A stretch of DNA of 64,000 nucleotides. Origin: Fimbriimonadia bacterium (GTDB lineage: Bacteria > Armatimonadota > Fimbriimonadia > Fimbriimonadales > JABRVX01). This document shows positions 55,612 through 62,002 of this stretch, in pieces (positions within the stretch are counted from its first letter, which is position 1; each line of letters opens with the position of its first letter). The stretch spans positions 6,526-70,525 of the forward strand of contig JBGPGO010000015.1 in NCBI GenBank assembly GCA_041483895.1, written 5' to 3'. Made by a program: the position numbers and the translations under genes. The notes beneath the pieces were generated by a model. It was not told where the DNA came from. It did no database searches and saw only the letters and a list, made by a program, of their open reading frames with translations.

Positions 55612-56382
55612 CTACCCCAACGGCTCATCCGAAACGATCAAGAAGTCGTACTTCGTACGAAGCATATCGGCCTCGCCGTCGAGTACACGTTTCACTGCCC
55701 AACCGGTAACGAAGTTCAGCGCCCCATTCTTGTCAATCGCCGGGCCCCACTCGTGCCCGACCCATTTCAGGCCCTTGTCCCGAATAGCTATCTCGCCGAT
55801 CAGCGCGCCCATTCCGGCAATCAAGAAGTCACGCATGCCCGAAGGCTCCTTCTTGATCCGCTTGGCCATACCGTCCAAAGCATCGATGGAGATGGGCCGA
55901 TAATCGACCAGTACACCATATCGATCCTTGGCATATTCGATGAACAGCTCGGCCTGGAATGCCATCCAGTCTGGGAGTGGGGCGCCGGGATTGGTGATGG
56001 TGGAATAATATTGTAACTGAAGGCACTCCTCCATCCCGCCATGCAGCCGGGTCGCCGCTGAGGTGATAGGTTCGAGAGAAGCGGAACCTCGTCCCTCTTC
56101 CGATCGAACTTCGTGCTCGCCGACCCAGCCCCAGCCGTGGGTGTGCACATAAATCTCGCCATGAATCTGCCCAAGCGTGCCGATCATGGCGTGTCTCGGA
56201 TCGTCTGGTAATTCGCCCCCCGTTCCCAAGACATCGTCGATCTTCTTAATAGACGCAGGACTCAGGTCCAACGGGACCTTGTACTGCTCCTTTGCGTAGG
56301 CGATGTTGAACAGCACCGGGTCCTCCGGCATCTTCGCACCCTGCCCATTGCCTCCAAACAACCGCTGCAACTTGTCCCACAT
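55612..56382 (-). CDS. hypothetical protein with internal two-fold duplication
   Basis: 256 aa, no signal peptide. The two halves align by eye: YKVPLDLSPASIKKIDDVLG...IGTLGQIHGEIYVHTHGWGWVGEHE versus YGVLVDYRPISIDALDGMAK...IAGMGALIGEIAIRDKGLKWVGHEW. Confidence 0.65.
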   Translation of the reverse strand: MWDKLQRLFGGNGQGAKMPEDPVLFNIAYAKEQYKVPLDLSPASIKKIDDVLGTGGELPDDPRHAMIGTLGQIHGEIYVHTHGWGWVGEHEVRSEEGRGSASLEPITSAATRLHGGMEECLQLQYYSTITNPGAPLPDWMAFQAELFIEYAKDRYGVLVDYRPISIDALDGMAKRIKKEPSGMRDFLIAGMGALIGEIAIRDKGLKWVGHEWGPAIDKNGALNFVTGWAVKRVLDGEADMLRTKYDFLIVSDEPLG

Positions 56383-56410
56383 AGGCTGCTTATACCCTGG
56401 AATTGTTTTC

Positions 56411-56433
56411 CATTCACAGTCGCACTGTGAAGG
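56411..56433. repeat. palindromic repeat, copy C (outer arm degenerate)
   Basis: CATTCACAGTCGCACTGTGAAGG, 29 nt upstream of the start of gene 55612-56382. Confidence 0.8.
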
Positions 56434-56830
56434 GCGATCGCGCTATCTTTTCGCGCGACGGAGGGCGGTGCGGAGGGCGCGGATTTCGTCCCGGAAGGCG
56501 CGGGATTGCTCACCGCGGATGTCTAGGTTCTCCAATACCTCCTCGCAAGCGTCCCGCAGATCGCCTGCTGCCGAATAACCTCGCCAACCTCTCCGTGGCC
56601 TCGACGCTCCCCTGGTCCACCACCTCGCATATCCCCGGGATGACAAACGTTCCATTCGCCAACTTCTCGGCCGCCGGCCAACTCGACGCAAGAAGAAAGA
56701 TATATGTTTGCTTGAACGCATATCTCATTTCTGCGATCAAATTCAAAGGTGGATTTTGTGAGCTATCCTGCCACCAATTTAGAACCACTTGTTAACTCTT
56801 TTTTCGATATAGAGTAAAAAACACGTAAGT

Positions 56831-56862
56831 ATACCAGTACAACAATCGAATAGTACTGGTAT
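56831..56862. promoter_or_regulatory. 10-bp inverted repeat upstream of the GHKL gene (candidate operator)
   Basis: ATACCAGTAC-N12-GTACTGGTAT in an AT-rich stretch 139 nt upstream of ATG 57001. Its function is only inferred. Confidence 0.35.
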
Positions 56863-57000
56863 TATTCTGAGAAGCCCATTTCTAGGGCAAACTGAAGAGA
56901 GGAAACCCCGGCGCTGGGCGCCAGGGCTCCTCAGGTTTTGAAAGAACAACTCATTATACAGCCTGAGAGCTCGTCCAGTGCCGGGTAAGCAATAAAAATC

Positions 57001-59202
57001 ATGTTAGAGACGAAACAAGAAAACAACACAGAAGTTATCCGGTCGGGTCAGGTGGGAAGGAATAGGGACGACATGACAACAGGCAGGATTGCAGCACCAG
57101 TAGGTTCGATTTGGGCGTACCCGCGAAAGAGCGCCTTTCGAAAATTAGCGGATCAATTCCAATTGAGAACTGGGATTACAGAATTGGTCGATAACGTCGT
57201 GGACAATTTCCATCGGTGCAGCCAGTTCGGCAATCATTCGCCCTCAGAGCTGCGAATTGATATTCGCATCTCGCCAGAGCGGGTCGAAATATTCGACAAC
57301 TCAGGTGGCGTGCAGCCAGAAGAGCTTGGGAACCTTGTGACGCTGGGCGCGGCAAGCGAAACGCCGAACCGCATTGGAGTTTGGAGTATGGGCTTTAAGA
57401 TGGCCACGCTCGGAATCGGCTGGACCACAGAGGTCACTTCGACTCCATACAACGGCGCCGACTACTATATCGACGTGCCAGATTCGAAAACGAAGCGGGG
57501 GATTCCGTCAGTTCGGATCGCTCTCAACCGGACTTGGTGGTTGGATGAGAAGGACTGGGAAGTACCCATCGGCCTGCCTTCTGACCCACCTTCGCGCGGC
57601 GTAACGAGGATTGAAATCACTGAACTGCGGGAAGACTTGGATCCAGTAACTATTGACGCCCTAGTGGAGGAAGTTACCAGTGATCTCGGAAGCTACTTTG
57701 GCGACATCGCTGCAGCGCAGGCTACTCCCTTTCGGATATTTGTGAATGATATTGAGGTGAAGTTCACAGAGCGCCTTTCTGGTGCAGCCATCCGCGGGAC
57801 GTTTGCTTCCGGTTCCGAATGGGGTCCAGGACGACATGTGTTTAGCTTCGTAAAGCGCGGTGATGATGGCCGTTCGCGGACTCTGGATATGGAGGTTATT
57901 GCAGGCATTCAGCCGACTGCGACGGCAGAAAACCACGGCGCATTTCTATTCGGAGATCCGGGAGCGGGTCCGAGATATTTCGTCCGGCTTGACGACCTTC
58001 GGAGGCACGGATTTACTGATCGCGTCACCTCCCAGGAGTTTCGCCGGGTAAGGCTACTGGTGACTTTCAAAGGTGACGCCGATTTGATACCTTGGACGAA
58101 TCCAATCAAGAATGGGTATCGGGAAGACCATCCATTGAGAAGGCAGGTTCAAGACGCATTGCGGCAGGTGATTGCACCGCTGGAAGACCTTTGCCGAGAG
58201 CACTACGAATTCGATACGCTCCCATTCTCTTCAACCTGGGACGATCTCAGCCTCGTCGATCGGGTAAGCCGGATCGTCAGGCCGCTAGCTCTAAGTGAAG
58301 ATGACGCGAACGACCCAGATTTGAACCAAGGGTTGATTGACGTCATCGCACGCAATTGGATGTCCGACGGCGATTGGCAATCACCATTGTGGGATCACCA
58401 AGTTGACAAGTTGCCGCCAACCAAACGGCCTTTCTGGGATGGAGATTCTGCGAATGAAGCGAAGCTCAAACGGGCCAATCGCAACAAGATTCTCCGAAGG
58501 AACTCGGGCCTCAATCAATACAGGTTGCTTTTAGCCTGGTTCAATGGCGACGATTTGCTTCCCGTCGAAAAAGAACTGATCTCCGGCCAAATGCAACCAT
58601 GGTCGAATCTGGGTCAAATGGAAGAAGAAAGGCAGGGTGGGGACATAGCTGCCTCCACTTCCCAAGGAGCAAGACCAAGGGAGGAGCTTGCAGAACCTGC
58701 CCCAACGCAACCTACTGAAATGCAACAGTCGGTCATTCAGGTGTGCGCGCCCATGCCCGAGAAGCTCGTTTATGAGGTCGAACAACTGACTAGTTCAGTA
58801 AACAGAGCAGAGGCAGTGCGCGTTGCGTTGGCGGCGTTCGTGCTTTGGCACAGGGAGCGGGCTGGAAACAGCCAGACGCCGGTCGAGTTGCCGCAGGATC
58901 CCCTCAGAACCCGCAGGGGAAGGCCGCGAAAGTCTCTGGACGAATTCGACCAGCCGTCTCATACACCTGGATCGCCCTTGGCGGCGCAAAATGACATCAG
59001 CCCGGAGGAGATAGGGGCGAACTTGCAACTATTAACTCCGCGTGAGCGCGAGGTGCTGAAGTTGCGCATGGGGATCAACGACCGTCGAAAACGAACGTTG
59101 AAGGAAGTCGGGTACGAACTAAAAATAACCCCCGAGCGCGTCCGCCAAATTGAGCTCCGCGCGTTGAGAAATCTGCGCGCCCGTTTGACGCCGGAGAACT
59201 GA
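57001..59202 (+). CDS. GHKL (MORC/paraMORC-like) ATPase fused to an RHH-like segment, an AT-hook and a sigma-70 region-4 HTH
   Basis: Uninterrupted 733-codon ORF. Bergerat-fold motifs occur in order: ITELVDNVVDN (N-box), IFDNSGGV (G1), IGVWSMGFKMATLG (G2). C-terminus: VIQVCAPMPEKLVYEVEQLTSSVNRAEAVRVALAAFVLW, RTRRGRPRKS, LTPREREVLKLRMGINDRRKRTLKEVGYELKITPERVRQIELRALRNLR. Confidence 0.8.
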   Translation: MLETKQENNTEVIRSGQVGRNRDDMTTGRIAAPVGSIWAYPRKSAFRKLADQFQLRTGITELVDNVVDNFHRCSQFGNHSPSELRIDIRISPERVEIFDNSGGVQPEELGNLVTLGAASETPNRIGVWSMGFKMATLGIGWTTEVTSTPYNGADYYIDVPDSKTKRGIPSVRIALNRTWWLDEKDWEVPIGLPSDPPSRGVTRIEITELREDLDPVTIDALVEEVTSDLGSYFGDIAAAQATPFRIFVNDIEVKFTERLSGAAIRGTFASGSEWGPGRHVFSFVKRGDDGRSRTLDMEVIAGIQPTATAENHGAFLFGDPGAGPRYFVRLDDLRRHGFTDRVTSQEFRRVRLLVTFKGDADLIPWTNPIKNGYREDHPLRRQVQDALRQVIAPLEDLCREHYEFDTLPFSSTWDDLSLVDRVSRIVRPLALSEDDANDPDLNQGLIDVIARNWMSDGDWQSPLWDHQVDKLPPTKRPFWDGDSANEAKLKRANRNKILRRNSGLNQYRLLLAWFNGDDLLPVEKELISGQMQPWSNLGQMEEERQGGDIAASTSQGARPREELAEPAPTQPTEMQQSVIQVCAPMPEKLVYEVEQLTSSVNRAEAVRVALAAFVLWHRERAGNSQTPVELPQDPLRTRRGRPRKSLDEFDQPSHTPGSPLAAQNDISPEEIGANLQLLTPREREVLKLRMGINDRRKRTLKEVGYELKITPERVRQIELRALRNLRARLTPEN

Positions 59203-59232
59203 TAAGCGAATATCAATAGGTTCGTTATTAAC

Positions 59233-59269
59233 GTCGCGGCAACAGGATGCAATGACTTGTTGCCGCGAC
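59233..59269. terminator. bidirectional hairpin between the GHKL gene and the restriction endonuclease gene
   Basis: GTCGCGGCAACA-N13-TGTTGCCGCGAC (12-bp perfect stem), lying between stops 59202 (+) and 59282 (-). No strong T-tract. Confidence 0.55.
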
Positions 59270-59281
59270 CTAACGTCCCAG

Positions 59282-59893
59282 CTATACCTCGACACCAATC
59301 AACACTAACGGCACGGCTGGCACACCGCGGCCCTGTCGGACGACGTTGTAAAGCTCGCCCTCATAGTAGGCAATGCCGGAGCTCATTTGCTTCGAGAGAG
59401 ACTTCATTGGAACCAATTCGATTCCCACATCGACCTGGTCGCCAACGTAGAACGCGAGGTGCTTAACGAAAATGTCATACGCCACGAACGAGTACTTGCC
59501 GAATTGGACTTCTAGGGCGACGCGATCTCTTACGAAATCAGTTTGGTTATAGCTAAAGATCGGTTCGTAGCCAGCCGCCTCAATTTCGGCCTTTTGCTCC
59601 TCAGCGCTCATAGTCATAGTCTTTCTGATCAGCCTTTGGTCTCTTGTAACCCAATAGTTAACACGGCTTTCGGACCATCCGCGCACTCTCAGCAATTCGG
59701 CAAATGCCTTATTGAGGTCGATAGGCGAAAACAGTTTACGGCCGGGCATTGTCTTTTCTTTGGAAATTTTCGTCCGACACTTGTCTGCGTCAACGAGGTC
59801 GATGACATCTCTGATCTCTTGATAAAGGGCCGGTTTATGGACCATGAGAAATTCGACCCCGTTGAGGTGGGAATAGACCTCGGCGATCTTCAA
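59282..59893 (-). CDS. type II restriction endonuclease, BglII/BstYI-like
   Basis: 203 aa. DFVRDRVALEVQFGKYSF matches the BglII catalytic stretch (D..EVQF), recalled from memory. SSGIAYYEGELYNV and VPLVLIGV resemble the BglII C-terminal blocks. ATGA-coupled to the upstream methyltransferase. Confidence 0.7.
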   Translation of the reverse strand: MKIAEVYSHLNGVEFLMVHKPALYQEIRDVIDLVDADKCRTKISKEKTMPGRKLFSPIDLNKAFAELLRVRGWSESRVNYWVTRDQRLIRKTMTMSAEEQKAEIEAAGYEPIFSYNQTDFVRDRVALEVQFGKYSFVAYDIFVKHLAFYVGDQVDVGIELVPMKSLSKQMSSGIAYYEGELYNVVRQGRGVPAVPLVLIGVEV

Positions 59894-60840
59894 TCCGCAG
59901 CCTCTGGGCTAAGTCCAAATGCGGTTTGGCCATTCGTCTCCCACGGGTTTCTCGCCAGTTTGCTATTCGAGCCAGTAGGATCGTAAACCGGTCTACCCAT
60001 TGGACGAGTCCGAAGGTTTCCTGCCAACTCCAAGTTGATTCGCTCCCTAGCGATCTCTATGTACTTAGAATGGATCTCACTTCCGGCCCCCAGACGTCCG
60101 TGCCGCACTGCGGCAATTATGCTCGTACCTGTCCCAAGGAACGGATCGTATACCCAATCGTCCTCATTCGTCATAGAGAGGACAAGCCGCTCGATAAGCT
60201 CCACCGGAAATTGGCACGGATGCACCGTTTTCTCAACATGATTGTTCTTGACGTTCGGGATTACCCAAAGGTCGCCAGGGTTCTTACCGAGCGGGTTTCC
60301 GGAGTATTCACCTGCACGGGGTCCCTTAAAATGCTTCTTGCCGGGGTACTTCTGGGGTACACGGACGCCATCCAAATTGAACACGTAATTGTCCGACTTC
60401 GTGAACCAGATTATCGTTTCATACCTACCGGAAAACCTTTTACTGCAATGAAGCCCATGTTCGAAGTGCCAGATGATTCGATTACGCATCTTCAGTCCAA
60501 GATCGGCGAAAATCGGATAGAGGATGGTGTCGAGTGGAATGATTTGTCTACCGTCAACGTAGTTGCCCACTTGCCAGCAGATGCTTCCAGTTGATTTCAA
60601 CGCGCGGACGCACTCGCGAATCACAGCCGCCTGTTGCTCGACGTACTGATCCAATTTGAGCCTCTTCTCGTATTCCTTGCCGAGGTTGTAAGGCGGTGAG
60701 GTCACGACGAGTTGCAACGTCCCGTTTGGCACGGTCTTAAGAAACTGGAGACAGTCGCCATCGTTCACAATGATTCGTGCGTCCAGCGCAAACCTTGTCG
60801 CAATTCGAGTCCTTTTGCTTCCAATTAGGGCCATTGTCAT
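59890..60840 (-). CDS. DNA methyltransferase, beta-class N4-cytosine/N6-adenine (SPPY)
   Basis: Start set at ATG 60840 (AAGGGAG 12 nt upstream). Motif IV (LVVTSPPYNLGKEY) precedes motif I (DPFLGTGTSIIAA), which defines the beta permutation. Confidence 0.85.
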   Translation of the reverse strand: MTMALIGSKRTRIATRFALDARIIVNDGDCLQFLKTVPNGTLQLVVTSPPYNLGKEYEKRLKLDQYVEQQAAVIRECVRALKSTGSICWQVGNYVDGRQIIPLDTILYPIFADLGLKMRNRIIWHFEHGLHCSKRFSGRYETIIWFTKSDNYVFNLDGVRVPQKYPGKKHFKGPRAGEYSGNPLGKNPGDLWVIPNVKNNHVEKTVHPCQFPVELIERLVLSMTNEDDWVYDPFLGTGTSIIAAVRHGRLGAGSEIHSKYIEIARERINLELAGNLRTRPMGRPVYDPTGSNSKLARNPWETNGQTAFGLSPEAAD

Positions 60841-60985
60841 GTGCAATTTTACTCCCTTCACGCATCTTCCTGTGTGGGGTGTGGAAAAGTCCTGTGACAC
60901 ATGACTCGCGCCGAAGTTCGTTTTGTGACAAAAAAGTCGTCGCCGCAGCCGTTGGGGTTGGTTCTCGGAGATTGGAATTGCCGGT

Positions 60986-61004
60986 CGGGGCTGCGGCTAC
61001 GGGT
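60986..61004. repeat. 19-bp direct repeat, left copy (overlaps the Dam-like MTase stop)
   Basis: CGGGGCTGCGGCTACGGGT, identical to 61970-61988. Confidence 0.85.
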
Positions 61005-61821
61005 TTAGCGTCGCCAGCATCTCGTCAGCGGGGAGGCGTTCCTGGCAGGATATCCGGCGGGGGGCGGAGAGGATTTGGATGTCGAAGCCGAGGGAGGCGT
61101 AGAGGTCGAGGATGCGTTCGGTGGCCTGGTTGGACGCGACGACCGGGCCGGGGTGGCGGGAGAGCCAATGGGCCAGGCGGACCTGGTCGTCCCAGGTGAA
61201 GTCGTCCTTTGAGTACTTGGTGAACTCCACATCGTAGGGAGGGTCGGCATAGATCAAGTCGTTCGGCGACGGGGATAGGTCTTCGAAGTCGCGGCACAGG
61301 AGTTCATAGTCCTGAAGAACCTCTTTGTACTCTCGGAAATCGCGCGTGTAGGTGATTGTCTTGTATTGCCCGAACGGCACATTGAAATGGCCACTGTTGT
61401 TGAAGCGGCAGAGGCCGTTGTAGCCCGTGCGGTTGAGGTAATAGAACAGAGTCGCGGCCTCTTTTGTCGCCGCCTTGCCGGCCGCGATCAGCTCGTTGAA
61501 TCGCTCGCGATTTTCGTAATAGGTCTCGGAATCGTTAAGGAGCTCCACTGATGGACGGTGGCCGTTCGAACTTGCCGCCGTGGGCATGCGCAGCCCGCGC
61601 TGCAACCAGGTGTAGAAGTTGATGAGATGGGCGTTGCGGTCGGCCAGCAGCGCCCGTTCCGGCTGCAAACCGAGTGCCACCGCCATCCCCCCAACAAATG
61701 GCTCAACTAGCCGACGGTGTCTGTGGGGTTCATACAGTTCGCGCAAGATCGGAACAAGCCACCGCTTTCCGCCCGCCCATTTTAGGGGGGGATCGAGGGT
61801 TGGTTGGGTTAGGGTGGGCAT
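60997..61821 (-). CDS. Dam-like (D12 class, alpha-type) N6-adenine DNA methyltransferase
   Basis: Start set at ATG 61821 (274 aa). PLKWAGGKRWLVP, EPFVGGMAVAL (motif I), then YADPPY (motif IV). Confidence 0.85.
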   Translation of the reverse strand: MPTLTQPTLDPPLKWAGGKRWLVPILRELYEPHRHRRLVEPFVGGMAVALGLQPERALLADRNAHLINFYTWLQRGLRMPTAASSNGHRPSVELLNDSETYYENRERFNELIAAGKAATKEAATLFYYLNRTGYNGLCRFNNSGHFNVPFGQYKTITYTRDFREYKEVLQDYELLCRDFEDLSPSPNDLIYADPPYDVEFTKYSKDDFTWDDQVRLAHWLSRHPGPVVASNQATERILDLYASLGFDIQILSAPRRISCQERLPADEMLATLNP

Positions 61822-61969
61822 TGCGCCTATTCTACACCGGCGGATGCGGATGGTGTTTGGGTCTAGGTTGGTTGAAGTTGGGGAGTTATCGGTACCAGTG
61901 GACCCAAACACATCCAAAAGGGACGGCAGGGACTTGAGGGACCTCAGCCAATTGCGCACGATCGGCATG

Positions 61970-61988
61970 CGGGGCTGCGGCTACGGGT
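61970..61988. repeat. 19-bp direct repeat, right copy
   Basis: CGGGGCTGCGGCTACGGGT, 984 bp from the left copy. Located 149 nt upstream of the MTase start and 15 nt before the fucosidase ATG. Confidence 0.85.
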
Positions 61989-62002
61989 GTACAATTTAGA
62001 AA

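Noticed and set aside
53303-56433. Possibility that the repeated palindrome marks a CRISPR array
   Set aside because: There are only three copies, the spacings are irregular (2280 and 828 bp), the intervening DNA encodes full-length genes, and no cas genes are present.
56443-56788. Two overlapping 92-aa minus-strand ORFs that could be joined by a +1 frameshift into an antitoxin-like small protein
   Set aside because: The interval straddles the junction between host-like and low-GC DNA, so the 5' part of one ORF is AT-rich and the 3' part GC-rich. Any resemblance to Phd/YefM or AbrB antitoxins is vague. This is most likely junction debris, so it is not called as a gene.
52677-62002. Calling the accessory segment a defined mobile element (ICE, prophage or transposon)
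   Set aside because: No integrase, transposase, terminal inverted repeats or tRNA-derived att repeats were seen, and the composition is mosaic. It is reported only as a variable hotspot.
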